A stretch of 63,567 bases of DNA, counting the filler, from Octopus bimaculoides (lineage: Eukaryota): the NCBI RefSeq assembly GCF_001194135.2. It is 4 parts of 4 records of this genome, joined end to end, with 100 filler letters (N's around TTAATTAATTAA, not from the genome) between each part and the next. Parts side by side here need not be neighbours in the genome. Positions count along the whole stretch, not along the records: positions 1 to 22,757 come from NC_068982.1; positions 22,858 to 28,926 come from NC_069003.1; 2 more parts are not named here. One strand, 5' to 3'. Within the stretch, counting starts at the first letter, position 1; each line of letters starts with the position of its first letter. Below, in pieces: positions 13,717 to 27,184 of this stretch. A program made the translations under genes and the position numbers. The notes under the pieces were generated by a model that did no database searches, was not told where the DNA came from, and saw only the letters and a program-made list of their open reading frames with translations.

Positions 13717-13906
13717 AACAACAAACAAGATGAGGACAAATATCCGTCAAATGTAAATAATGTAAATAATGTCCTTCTTTCTTGTCTACGTTTTGCGAAG
13801 CAGTCTCAGAATGACACGTGTCAATACCTGATATACATACTATGTGACATTTTATTCACTATGACTACAGAGAGATCGTGCCAATAAAAAAAAAGTGTTG
13901 CTTCTA

Positions 13907-14703
13907 TTGGAATATCCCATAAATAATGCCGTTTTTTCAATTCTATTTTAACAGTTATCTTTTCAAATTTATAATGGAAGTAACAAAGAAGCATATTAGG
14001 CATATTTTGCTTTATGAGTTTGATAAACGCAACAACGCAACGGAAAGTGCGAGGAATATTAATGCAGTATATGGGAATCGGACTATAAGCGTAAGACAGT
14101 CTCAACTGTGCTTTCAACCGGAACCTACAGCGTAGACGACCAGCCTCCTCTTGGAACATCTGTAGAACTCGTCGAGAACATCCTGCAACCCGAAGTGGAA
14201 GAAACCCCCATCGTAACTGTTGAGGAACTAGCAAAGACACTTAGATTTGGTCATTCAGCAAGTCATTGAAGTCAGCGCTGGAAGAAAAAAGATCGTCTTT
14301 CGTTTCAAGACAAGGGATGCTCTTCCAACAGGAGAATGGTCGGCCACATACAACTATGATGACATTCCAAAGGCTGGACCTGTTTCAATGGGTAACGATG
14401 CCCCACCTACCATATTCGCTGGACATTGTCTCATATGATTTTCATTTATTCCTTAGTCTTCAACATCATTTGAACGGAAAAAGTATGAATTTTGTACACA
14501 AGGTTAGAATTGTACAGGAGGAGAACTTTTCATCACGGACAACTGAATTTTAGAGGAGGGGTCTTGCAAGTCTACCAGGTAGATGGAACAGCAATGTAGA
14601 AAATGAAGGAGAGTATATTGTTGATTAAAAAAAGAACTTTGTTTATCTTAATTTTGAATAATAAAAGAAGTATAAAAACTGCATTATTTATGGGATGACC
14701 CAA
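13907..14703 (+). mobile_element. Internally deleted mariner transposon with ~30 bp TIRs and TA target duplication
   Basis: Left TIR ttggaatatcccataaataatgccgttttt matches right TIR revcomp ttgggtcatcccataaataatgcagttttt, with TA at 13905-13906 and 14704-14705. N-terminal MEVTKKHIRHILLYEFDKRNNATESARNINAVYG (HTH) is joined to C-terminal FQQENGRPHT...PHLPYSLDIVSYDFHLF...LPGRW...EGEYIVD*. Confidence 0.93.
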
Positions 14704-17700
14704 TATTTTTGCAAGATTTCTCTTCTAAAAAGCAGAGGCAAACTTTTGAGGTGTTGATAGAACTTTCCATACGTTAATTAAGTGAGATGTTTCCATAGAA
14801 AATTTAAACATGAGGCACGTTGTAATTCTAGTCGCAATGACTTTTATAGGATCCCTCCAACCATGCAACAGTGCACCTCATTCTGTGCAACAGATACATT
14901 AAGTTCATAAGAAATTATCATATGCATTGAATTGAAAAAAACTTGATGCATTCGCACATGATGTGATCTGTATCTGGGGCCTGTAAATTGACAATCAACT
15001 AGTCTGCATACAGACATTCCCTTCACTAACAGGCATAGTCTACCTTCGAACAGTGCACACACAATTGATTTTCTCTGTGTATAACGCTGAAGCTTTAAAA
15101 GTATTACTACATACTTCTACTATATGTGTGCGAAAGTCTAATTTTTCGAGCCGACACTTTCTGTCCAATGTTTTTGTTTATTTATTTATTTATTTATTTA
15201 TTTGTCAAGCAAGTGGTTTGATGTGAGACTGTTTTGAAACTAAAACAATTATTGCGTGGAACATATAATTGCAAAGACGGTTAACTTCACTTAAGCATTA
15301 ATAATTTAGTGTCGACATTTCCTTCGAGCCAACAGTAACCTGGTCACTGATACGATTCCACTGCGTCTGGTTTGTGGCGAGGTCACTAGCTGGTATATAT
15401 AGGTTCCAGTGTTATTAATGGCTGGCATTTTCTTCTGTATTACTCAGTTATGTTCGTTGTATTTATGTATCCTCTCTCCTTTCCGACTCTCTTTCCTTTA
15501 GCATTATATACAGTAAGGCACAAGATTAATGATTCCCAAAAAGTGCATCTATCGGAAGGTGCTAAAAATCAAGGACAACAGGAAAATGTCTACGCCAATA
15601 CCCAATAATAATACTCAATGTCTTAATGTCACGTTTTATCTTTCACTTATACAATGGTTCCATTCCTCCCTGCGTTTTGCTTCCCAAATTTGTTTAAGTT
15701 TAACTCTTATTGATAATTACAGTAGCTATGTGCATGATAAATCTTCCTTCATTTATGCTCTGCTTAGCATGAACAATAGAACTTCATGTAGAGGTATGGT
15801 TTCCTTCCTGGTATTGCGTCTTAGAATAGTTTCAAATTTTGTCAGAACGGGGATCATAGATAGAGATATGTACACATTTTATTTATTAGAAATTTTTAAA
15901 TGTTCGTTCAACTTATTGACACTTAGTTTATACCTCACACCGTGATATTCTCTTCTGATACCAGTCTGCCCTTCAGTTTCTTCCAGTGCCACTAGATCAC
16001 CCACAACGATATCTCAACTTACATTTACGTTACTTGGAGTGTCCGTTAAGAGAAAACATAGAAAGAATAACAATCACATTTCACTCATGATTAAAAAGTT
16101 ATGTCATTAAAATATCATTAAGTAGGACAGTATTATATGAAATACGATATCTTTTGTTACTTATATCTTTTTGTATAAAGCAATATAATGATGGGATACA
16201 ATTTGTATAATATAATACTGCAATCTTTCAAACTTCGTACTTTGAAATGTAGTATATGGATTGTAGCATTTAGATTTTGCTTCCTCCAAATCTCATATAA
16301 AATCTACTTATCTAAACTCAATAAAGAAACCGGCATTGTTGGAGTTTACATTTATATTTATGAAGACAGCACCTAATAAGAAGCAGAATGATATTTCTAT
16401 CACTTTAGTAGTCATTTCAAATATTTCAAGTCTTCAGATGTTTAAATTCTAATGATTCAAAATAACACACAAATCATTGAAGAATAATAAACTCACTTCA
16501 TTCAATGAGATAGGAACTGCGAATCTTCATATTTCACAACACTTATTGCAGTGAAAATAATGATGTAGTGTCTTCTGAAGTGTTTTGATTACTGAGCTCT
16601 AGCGAACTGCATAAATGCAAATACAATATTAACGCGGAGTGCCGGCAGAGAATAAATTATACAATCTCAAAGCTTAAATTATCGCAATTCTAGGTGGCGT
16701 TTCTATTTAAAACTGATAAAGTGCAGTGTCCACCACATCAACAAGACGTAGATAAAATAGATGATGAATATAAAAAAGAGTACTCTTGACAAGTAGAAGC
16801 AAACTGACCCTCTAAACACGTACTTATGCAACATGAAAAGGTAGGGTATAAAATAAATTATGAATTAAGTTATGAAGTTTCATAAATATTAGTGAATCAG
16901 CAACGCCTTCAAAAGCTCTTTGTTACATATTGCAATTTATAATTTAACTATATATTATTTTGAAATACTGATTCAACTCAACTGTATAATTCTCGCATGC
17001 ACAAGCACACACATATTCCTCTATATTCATACATACACATACACACACTAACATATATGAGTACATATATTTACATAATTACACACACACACGCACACAT
17101 TTACATATATGTATGTATGTATTATACATGCATAACGAATAAAACATTCTAATTGTAGAAAGAAAATATATTAACGTGAATCAATTAACACCCACTCTCA
17201 TCCAATTATTGCAATAATTTCAAAAAATTAAGCAAAGAATAATTGGAGATTTGGATCAAATCGACCCCGAGCAATTTAACCACATAGACCAGCTTCGCTA
17301 GGTGTCGAGCTGCAGGTCCACTGCATTTTCTTGGTCACTTGATCACAGTTTGAATCACCATGGGTTGCATGGTGTCCGACATTTTGGTGGTAGTGTTTTC
17401 TGCATATGACGACACGCTTCGTCTACATCATATTTGGAAACTGGATGTCTTTCATGGTCTCTTGTTTCAGTATAGTACTAGCTCAAAGAATGAATGATTA
17501 TAGAAGTGTCAGAGAGGGAACAATTTTAACGTACATAACTCGTGATCCCGATAGATGGGCGTCCGCCTTAACCAATGAGCGGATGTCAGTGTTCATTACA
17601 AGAAACCAACCGCAAAAAACTGTGCCAAAACCGGCTGCCGTTAAAACAATCTACAGTTTCGATCGAATGTACCGAAATCGTTTTTTTTTTTCTTTTTTCT

Positions 17701-18168
17701 TGTTTCTTTATTGCTCGGGACCTCTCTCGTATCTTGTTCCTTACTTGACCGCTGTATAAGGTATAACATGTTAATGAGGCTTACAACGTATCTGGCTAAC
17801 AAATTTAGGTGTATCACCAATTAGACCATAGACGACAAGCGCCAACGACTTTGATAAGAGTTTCGGCCAAAATTTCTAAATCTACGTTTATCTGAGCTAC
17901 ATGCCAACAATTCTTAATGTTTTCCTCATCCAACTTATTGTTCTTTCTAAGAAGAGCTACTATTCCTTTCTTTATTATTCCAGATGGTAATTCTCTGGCT
18001 TTGCTGCCATTTGATGTAGATATATGTCACGATGTCTCCATATAAAGCCTGGCATATCATATTATAATTCTGCTTGTTCTTCCTTAATTAATTAGTTCGT
18101 CCGTTCGTTACGCTCTTCATATAATATATATAATAATATGATGTTAATATGCTAATAAGTGCGTATAA

Positions 18169-19700
18169 ATGTCCTCTACAGGCAGAGGATAAGGGAAGAG
18201 CAGAGGCAGGAAATCCAAGGGACAGACAGGCAACGCCAGTAGCTGAGACGGGCGTCAATGGAGAGTGAACAACGGGTGGAACACTTGCAGCAATATAGGA
18301 GGAGACAACAAACAAGACGAGAAATATGAACGTGGAACATCGAGCACAGTACCACGTGCAGCAGAGACACTTATCTCAGCAAAGGAGAGAAAATATGAAT
18401 GTGGAACAGCGTGAACCGTACCACGAGCAGCAGAGAAACTTATTTCAGCAAAGAGTAGATAACATGAATCAACATGAGAAGGTTATCTATCAGCAAAACC
18501 AAAGGGGAAGGTATCGAGAAAGAGTTCAAAGTATGAATGCTGGTGAAACTGAAAATTTAAAGAGGCATCAGAAGCCGTGACAGCGTGAGAGAAGACATAA
18601 ATCAGTACTGTACAGAGTTATTGCTAATGAATTTCAACAATTTAACGTAGGAGAAATGAACATTTTATGTGAATACTGTGTATATATGAATACTAGGTTT
18701 AGAAATGAAAATAATAGGTGTGCCATAACGGAAAAGTGAACGTGCCTGCATTGCAACCATATCCAGCGACACTAAAAAAATTATTTGAGGGAAATGATCA
18801 AGAACCCGCTTCATTCCGTAGAAATATCAGAAATTACGATTGCACTTCTCCTTTGCGTCATTTGGAGTGAAACTGGCAACATCTCCCGAAAGGGGTCCGT
18901 ATTGCTCCCGCATGTAGGGCCAAACTTATCATACGACGACAAACCTGCATCGTGCTAATGATCAACCGCAATACGGCCAATTATGCATCATTAATGCGGA
19001 TGAAGCTCTGCAGCACAGGGTGGATTCACCTCTACAATTCTGAGTGTTCCCTTGTTACTATCAGAAAAATAAGTGATGTTATCCTTATACAGAATTGTAC
19101 AAGAATATGCATGCAGTTGAAGAACAAGAACAGGAGTGAGCCAAAAGAGACAACGTGCCAATACGGAGTTGTGAGTTACACTTCAGGAGAGGGCCTGATA
19201 TCAGGCACTACAATTTTCCCATTGGGAAATAGCAGCTGTGTTTTTTGGAGAAAATGGTACCCCTCCTGAAAATACAGACATTATTGTGTATCCCAGGGAT
19301 GCTTCTCCTGAAAAAAATATCTTACACGTCCTGGCACTTGGACCCTATAAGCTACCCAATTTTGTTTCCCTATTGGAAATTTCGATGTCATTGTGAGATG
19401 CAACAATTTGAGGAACGCCGGAGACGTGTCCGTAATCGTCTGACAATGCAAGAATACTACAGCTATCACCTTGCATTCAGAGGTGGTTTTAGTGTTATTT
19501 ACAGAGCTGGAAAATTATTTCAACAGAATGTTGTGGATGCATATCCCAAGGCTGAAGGTTGCAGGTTGTAATATCTTAGGGACAATCAGACTCAGTTGCG
19601 AGTGGAAAGGCACAATGGATTGATGGACTATATAAACACAGAAGCAGATGAAAACATTGAACCAGGAGTGCCAGTGATACTGCCTTACTTAGTCCAAGGA
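18169..19700 (+). mobile_element. Helitron RepHel N-terminal remnant (repeat region, zinc finger, pre-Rep domain)
   Basis: Frameshifted peptides NVGEMNILCEYC, CHNGKVNVPALQPYPATLKKLF, GPYCSRM*GQTYH, QPQYGQL, ISYTSWHLDPISYPILFPY, RLTMQEYYSYHLAFR..AGKLFQQNVVDAYPKAEGCRL*YLRDNQTQLRVE and GVPVILP match the Helitron consensus in order. Confidence 0.92.
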
Positions 19701-20461
19701 ATATACACCAACATTTTCAGGATACCATGTCGATTAATTCAAAATATGCTAAGTGTCCATCACTTACAGTTGCAACACGAAGTGCCCTGAGATAGTTGAT
19801 AATCTACAGCAAAATAAAACACCTGAAAATAGGCCAGATTTAATGGGTTCAAATTTTAGCCCAAGGTCAAATGACTTCAGTGATTGAATGTATTGGATGG
19901 TAATACCTGTATTGTGTGTATGCCAGTAATAAATAATTCTCATCTATTTCTACCAGTTTTTCAGCGTTTGAATTTTTGTTCCTGCTACATTCCCATTCGA
20001 AACAGTTCTATCAATTGTGTGTGGTGATTGGATGTCATTTTTCGTTTATTTCAGAACGTTCATTAGCTGCTTTACCTGTTAGTAGGGTCTAACGGACATG
20101 GTCGATATTAATATTTCATCTCAATCACCCCTTAATCTTCAGTCTAATCTATCATGTTTATCGTCCTTGGTATCGGCTTCAGGAGACAATGTATCGAATT
20201 TAGAGTCAGGGTGGTTAGAAACCTTTGTTAACTCTTAACTTAATCATAATCGAAGCTGTTTCTTCATCACCAAAACGCTTTATGTGTGTATGCGTGCTGG
20301 TGTGTACATACGTACATAAACATATGTGTGTGAGTGTTTGCATCTATGTATGAGAGAAAGAAACAGTGTGAGTGTGTATGTGCGTGGCAGTAAATAAGCA
20401 CATACCTAATATACGTATATACATTTACACACAAGAACACACACACAAACACACACACACA

Positions 20462-20498
<37 letters not shown>

Positions 20499-22130
20499 TA
20501 GAAGTAGAGGGAGGGAAGAAGTGGATCTGTTTGTGCTTCCCCCCCCTATACTTTTGAAACATGAAATTTAATAACATCATATCAGCATAAATACTTTGCT
20601 GTCTGCTGTGAGCAATCAGCAGTAGTCGTCAAGGGCAAGATTTTATCAAGACTTGTTGACTTCATAATTTAAACTACTTTTTATGCCACTTCGTCTATGT
20701 GGCAGTGTAAATTTCACCCCAATTCTATCAAATTCCTCCTCTTACTCTCCCTCATTTGTATTCTCTCTCTTTCTCGTGTTTTTTTTCTTTTCGTTTAATC
20801 GCAGTTATCTGCATTTATGAAGACATAATTCGGCATTTTTTTTTTATTTTTTGCTGCAAAAATATTCAGAGAAAATGAGATTCTTGACTGGGATTCGTAG
20901 TTACTTCAGTAAAGCCTTAAATTACCAACATATTCCGGTTTTGGTAACTGGGGTCTATGCAATTTTGCTTTTGATACTACTGGCATTTCAGTCTGTACAT
21001 ATCACCCACCTAGAAAAACGTGCTATTGGCTCCGTAAGTGATTTATTTATACTTATTTATATACAATATGGTCGGAGAGAATCATTTCTCGAAATATATT
21101 TTTTAAATCGAACTTAATTATGCATAAACACACTTGTATGATATGACACAAACAAACACACACATACAGATGTACATACATTTATATAAGCATGCATATA
21201 TATAAATATGAATATGTATATATGTGTGTGAGCTTGTTTCTGTATGTGTGTGTATATATTATGCAATTGTTAATCCTTAAAAGGCGACATACTGGGGCAT
21301 CTCCATCAAGTCAAATAAATCGACTCCAGTAGTTATTATATTTTATTTCAGCTTCCTACTTATTGTGCCGAACAGCTAGGTTACGGAGACATAACCACAA
21401 CAAAGACTTTTGTAGATCTCTTGTGTGCGACAAACGGAAACGCAAGGACAAGACAAGTATCCATAGATATAAGTATGCATAAGACAGGATAATTTCAGTT
21501 TGTTTCTGTCTAGCAGACGGTGCCTGAGACCAGAACCAATGTTTTTTTAAAGAAGAGTTACCACATGGCCGTTCTATACATATACATATGTACATATATA
21601 CATCCAAAATTACATATATATNNNNNNNNNNNNNNNNNNNNNNNNNNNNNNNNNNNNNNNNNNNNNNNNNNNNNNNNNNNNNNNNNNNNNNNNNNNNNNN
21701 NNNNNNNNNNNNNNNNNNNNNNNNNNNNNNNNNNNNNNNNNNNNNNNNNNNNNNNNNNNNNNNNNNNNNNNNNNNNNNNNNNNNNNNNNNNNNNNNNNNN
21801 NNNNNNNNNNNNNNNNNNNNNNNNNNNNNNNNNNNNNNNNNNNNNNNNNNNNNNNNNNNNNNNNNNNNNNNNNNNNNNNNNNNNNNNNNNNNNNNNNNNN
21901 NNNNNNNNNNNNNNNNNNNNNNNNNNNNNNNNNNNNNNNNNNNNNNNNNNNNNNNNNNNNNNNNNNNNNNNNNNNNNNNNNNNNNNNNNNNNNNNNNNNN
22001 NNNNNNNNNNNNNNNNNNNNNNNNNNNNNNNATATATAATACATACCTGTATATGTATACAAATGCACATATATATAAATAAACACACACGCATACGTAT
22101 ATATCTACATATGTATATATATGTATCTAT

Positions 22131-22207
<77 letters not shown>

Positions 22208-22700
22208 ATACACATGCAAACATACATATATATATCCTTGTTTATTGAAACATATTTGTATGTACGTATGTATGTATGTAATGTATGTATTATCTACGTA
22301 TATGTGCATGTATCTTTATATGTATGTAGGTATGTATGTATGTCTCCAATCAGTTAAGCAACCATAAACAGAACTGAGTAGAAAAAAATTGAATGAAAGC
22401 TTCGTTCTCTCATAATAAACTTGTGGCAGTCCATTGTTTACAACAAAGTTTTGTGAAAAAAGAACAATTGTAATATTTATTCACACAGAAGTTGTGTTGT
22501 TTACAGTAACATGTATTTTTTAAATTAACAATCTCCCTCTATAAATACACATGCATATATATTCACGTACAGGTACAGAGAAAAAATGTACGTATGCCTG
22601 AGTATACTTACGCATTCAAGAAGGAATTTTATATTATTATTCCTCTCCGTCTGTGTTTGTGTCGCTCTCCCCATTCTCTTTGTCTCTCTCTCTCGCTCTC

Positions 22701-22757
<57 letters not shown>

Positions 22758-22857
22758 NNNNNNNNNNNNNNNNNNNNNNNNNNNNNNNNNNNNNNNNNNN
22801 NTTAATTAATTAANNNNNNNNNNNNNNNNNNNNNNNNNNNNNNNNNNNNNNNNNNNN
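22758..22857. other. Artificial contig-joining spacer (44 N + TTAATTAATTAA + 44 N)
   Basis: Exactly 100 nt. The 12-mer is palindromic with TAA stops in all six frames. The same structure occurs three times. Confidence 0.95.
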
Positions 22858-23299
22858 TAACTGTGCTTTCGTTACAAACACCCATATATTTACATAACTG
22901 CTAGCAATTTTACATTAAAACCATTTCTGTGTTTCACTCGACGAAGGTAAATTAAGATGTACTCCGTTAAGTACACGTAGATCTTAGCGTCTTTAGAAGA
23001 AAATCGTTAGCGATTTATTCTCTACTGTAGCAATTTATGAGGTTTTCCACAGCCTAAATGGTATTTTCTAACGCCGTTGAATATAAAATTCTGCGTTTCG
23101 TTATTTGTTCGTTCCGGCCTGTATAAAATGAAATACTTTGAAAACGTTTCTTGAGTTTAAGATTTAGTGTTAATTTTTCACTGGAGACATGTGTCGCAAT
23201 CTCGAATTATTTAACGGTTTTGTTTCTAAGTTTGCGTTGAGGATATCCGTAATTTCCATTTGATTAAGAGGAATTAGGAATATCCTGCTGAATTTGCGA

Positions 23300-23313
23300 G
23301 TATTTTATTGCTC

Positions 23314-23356
<43 letters not shown>

Positions 23357-23622
23357 CATCCGCTCGTCAGACCGTCCATCCATCCATTCATCTGTCTGTC
23401 TGTCGTTCTGTCTATCTGTCTGTCTGTCTGTCTGTCTGTCTATCCATCCGTCTGTCCGTGCGTCCGTCCATCCGTCTGTCCGTTCGTCCGTCCGTCCGTT
23501 CGTCCGTTCGTCCGTTCGTCCGTCCGTTCGTCCGTCCGTCCGTCTGTCTGTCCGTCTGTCGACCTGTCTGTCTATCTGTCTGTCTATCCGTCGGTCCGTC
23601 TACCTGCCTCTGTCTGTCCGTC

Positions 23623-23656
<34 letters not shown>

Positions 23657-23663
23657 TGTATGC

Positions 23664-23703
<40 letters not shown>

Positions 23704-23708
23704 GTCTA

Positions 23709-23741
<33 letters not shown>

Positions 23742-23826
23742 CTGTCCGTGCGTCCGTCCATCCGTCTATTCGTTCGTCCGTCCGACCGTTCGTCCCTCCG
23801 TCCGTCCGTCTGTCCGTCTGTCGGCT

Positions 23827-23866
<40 letters not shown>

Positions 23867-23960
23867 CGTCCGTCCGTCTACTTGTCTCTGTCTGTCCGTC
23901 TATATATGTATGTATGTATGCATCTATCTATCCACCTATCATTGAGTCTGTCTGTCAGTC
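23300..23960. repeat. Compound tetranucleotide microsatellite (ATCT/GTCT/GTCC/ATGT) with higher-order duplication
   Basis: The same succession of motifs, and the unique spacer tac.tg.ctctgtctgtccgtctatatatgtatg, occurs at ~23600 and ~23880. Confidence 0.85.
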
Positions 23961-25199
23961 TGTCTGCCTGTCTGTCTTTATGGACGGACGATAGACAAAG
24001 TCAGTCTGAGAAGAGGCCAATGCCGTAGTAGCAGTGTCCATTGGTCTGTGACGCTGGCCAGAAGCAGACACCACCGCCACCGATACCACGGCTTCGTGTA
24101 AATTTGGCTTTTATTGCCTTAAAAAGTTGGCTTTGGATTATATTTTTTATGTAATAGTTGTGCAACAACTGATACATTCTGTTGTGCAATTTGTTTGCAC
24201 GGGAAATCTGTCCTTTGTGGCGAATGTTCCCGATTTTTGTAAAATTATTTTCGGCTTTCTTAGCCATTTTTTGGTTTTGAGCAAAGCAGACGATCTCAAA
24301 ACGAACGCCGGTCTCCTTGGCAACGCTTTCGACTTTGGATTTCTTTACACTCCCTTCACCACAGCTTCATGAAGGAGGGAAGAAGGGAGGAGAGATGTCA
24401 CACAAACAAGTGCAGGTNNNNNNNNNNNNNNNNNNNNNNNNNNNNNNNNNNNNNNNNNNNNNNNNNNNNNNNNNNNNNNNNNNNNNNNNNNNNNNNNNNN
24501 NNNNNNNNNNNNNNNNNNNNNNNNNNNNNNNNNNNNNNNNNNNNNNNNNNNNNNNNNNNNNNNNNNNNNNNNNNNNNNNNNNNNNNNNNNNNNNNNNNNN
24601 NNNNNNNNNNNNNNNNNNNNNNNNNNNNNNNNNNNNNNNNNNNNNNNNNNNNNNNNNNNNNNNNNNNNNNNNNNNNNNNNNNNNNNNNNNNNNNNNNNNN
24701 NNNNNNNNNNNNNNNNNNNNNNNNNNNNNNNNNNNNNNNNNNNNNNNNNNNNNNNNNNNNNNNNNNNNNNNNNNNNNNNNNNNNNNNNNNNNNNNNNNNN
24801 NNNNNNNNNNNNNNNNNNNNNNNNNNNNNNNNNNNNNNNNNNNNNNNNNNNNNNNNNNNNNNNNNNNNNNNNNNNNNNNNNNNNNNNNNNNNNNNNNNNN
24901 NNNNNNNNNNNNNNNNNNNNNNNNNNNNNNNNNNNNNNNNNNNNNNNNNNNNNNNNNNNNNNNNNNNNNNNNNNNNNNNNNNNNNNNNNNNNNNNNNNNN
25001 NNNNNNNNNNNNNNNNNNNNNNNNNNNNNNNNNNNNNNNNNNNNNNNNNNNNNNNNNNNNNNNNNNNNNNNNNNNNNNNNNNNNNNNNNNNNNNNNNNNN
25101 NNNNNNNNNNNNNNNNNNNNNNNNNNNNNNNNNNNNNNNNNNNNNNNNNNNNNNNNNNNNNNNNNNNNNNNNNNNNNNNNNNNNNNNNNNNNNNNNNNN

Positions 25200-25254
<55 letters not shown>

Positions 25255-25674
25255 GTATGTATGTCATGTCCGTATTTGTATATATTTATGTACACACAAA
25301 CACACACAAACACACACACACACACACACATACACACATACACACGCATACACAGAGCCACGCTCACTGCGTGCGGGCACGCCTTCGCCCATCATACGTT
25401 TGTGTTATTTTATTTAGCACCATTAAAACACCATTATTGATATATATCCAGGAGACAATAATATGAAATTCGCGAAGAGATAAAGAGAAACACCTGTAGA
25501 TGAAGACATTTTAGAAATCTTACCACCATCTCCTTCAGCACCATTATACACACACACACACACACACACACACANNNNNNNNNNNNNNNNNNNNNNNNNN
25601 NNNNNNNNNNNNNNNNNNNNNNNNNNNNNNNNNNNNNNNNNNNNNNNNNNNNNNNNNNNNNNNNNNNNNNNNNN

Positions 25675-25719
<45 letters not shown>

Positions 25720-26107
25720 CACCTGAATAGTTACTCTGGTGCTCTCCGGCGCTTGCTTAATTAGACTTCTCGTTTTATACAACAGCGTCTGTATTTTGCT
25801 TACTCATAATGTTAGAGTTCAAATTTATACCGCCATTCATTCAATCATCCATCGATCCTTCGAATCCTCCATGCATCCATGCATCCATCCATCCATCCAT
25901 CCATCCATCCATCCATCCATCCACCCATCCGTGCAAGCATACATACGTACATACATACATAACTACATTCTTACATACGTACGTACATATACATACACAC
26001 ACATTCATAGAAGCATATATGCATTTATAAGCCCACGCACATACAGACATATACGTGGGTGTTCTTGTGTGCACGCATGCGTTAATATGATTCTCTCTAC
26101 ATGTATA

Positions 26108-26144
<37 letters not shown>

Positions 26145-26596
26145 ACACACACACACACACACGTATATATGTATGTATATGTTAATGTGTATATATGTAT
26201 ATGTTTAAATCCACATCTATATTCATCAATGTTACTTTGGGAGGTCACGTTTGTTAAGTACTATTTTTGAAGCGGAGAGGTCATTCTAAGTTTATCAATA
26301 ATGAAAAGCAAAATGCTATTTAAGGAGAAACAAAATTGAGAAAACCAAATAAAACAATAATTAAGAGAAAGTAAAAAATCCATTGAAAATGATAATGTAA
26401 AATATGCAAATGAAATAAGAATTTCATTCACTCTTTGTTCGGAAAGAAACAAGGTCGCTTTAAGTCTATTATAAACCATACCCAATATTCTATTATTGGT
26501 TTTTAAGATAAATTCGTTTGTTTCTTTTTCTGTTCTCTATTTCGCAAGCCATGGTCACGTGTTTAAAAAGAAATAGAATTTATACGAATTTCAAAG

Positions 26597-26710
26597 TCGG
26601 CGAGCCGGCCGATTCGTTAGCGCGTCGGACAAAATGCTTCGCAGCATTTTGCTCATCTTTACGTTTTGAGTTCAAATTCCACCGAGGCCGACTTTGCCTT
26701 TCGTCCAAAT
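26597..26710 (+). mobile_element. SINE family B 5' fragment
   Basis: ggcgagccggccgattcgttagc...gagttcaaattccaccgaggccgactttgcctttc resembles the copy at 57273. Confidence 0.65.
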
Positions 26711-27184
26711 AGATATATTGATAGATTGATAGAGTTATGACTTTTATATAAGCATACAAAGATTCATTGATACAAGCAATGTTCTGATACGTATGTGCAC
26801 ACTCTTGCACACAAACACATATATGTCATACCTATACATAAACACGCTTATATATGTATATATAAATGTAAATAGAAGAACAGACTGGAGTAAGTGGAGC
26901 AAGAGCACACACGAAAACAAAAAGTGTCGCCGAAGAGGTCACAGATGAGTGACAAAAGATTTCCGCACAATGGACATGAGTTAATTTAAGAACAGTAATA
27001 AACGAGTGAAGAACAAATATACAGTGTGTGTGTTTATTTGGCAGAAAAAAAATGACCGTCCCGAAATACAACAATAAATGTAAAAAAATCCAGAAATTTG
27101 ACTGATAGGAAATAAATCATTTTTTAACGGTGAAACTCGAAATACATAGAGCTATAAATAATAGTATGTTAATACCAAGTTACA

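Larger units (their letters stand above)
13340..13772. mobile_element. Head-to-head inverted element: tRNA-derived head + (AAT)n + hammerhead-containing body; second copy lacks the head
   Basis: Arms 13340-13490 and 13600-13764 are reverse complements. The junction is tatgccc-gt-gggcata (13591-13606). Both copies end in an (aataatgta)n-type tail. Confidence 0.85.
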
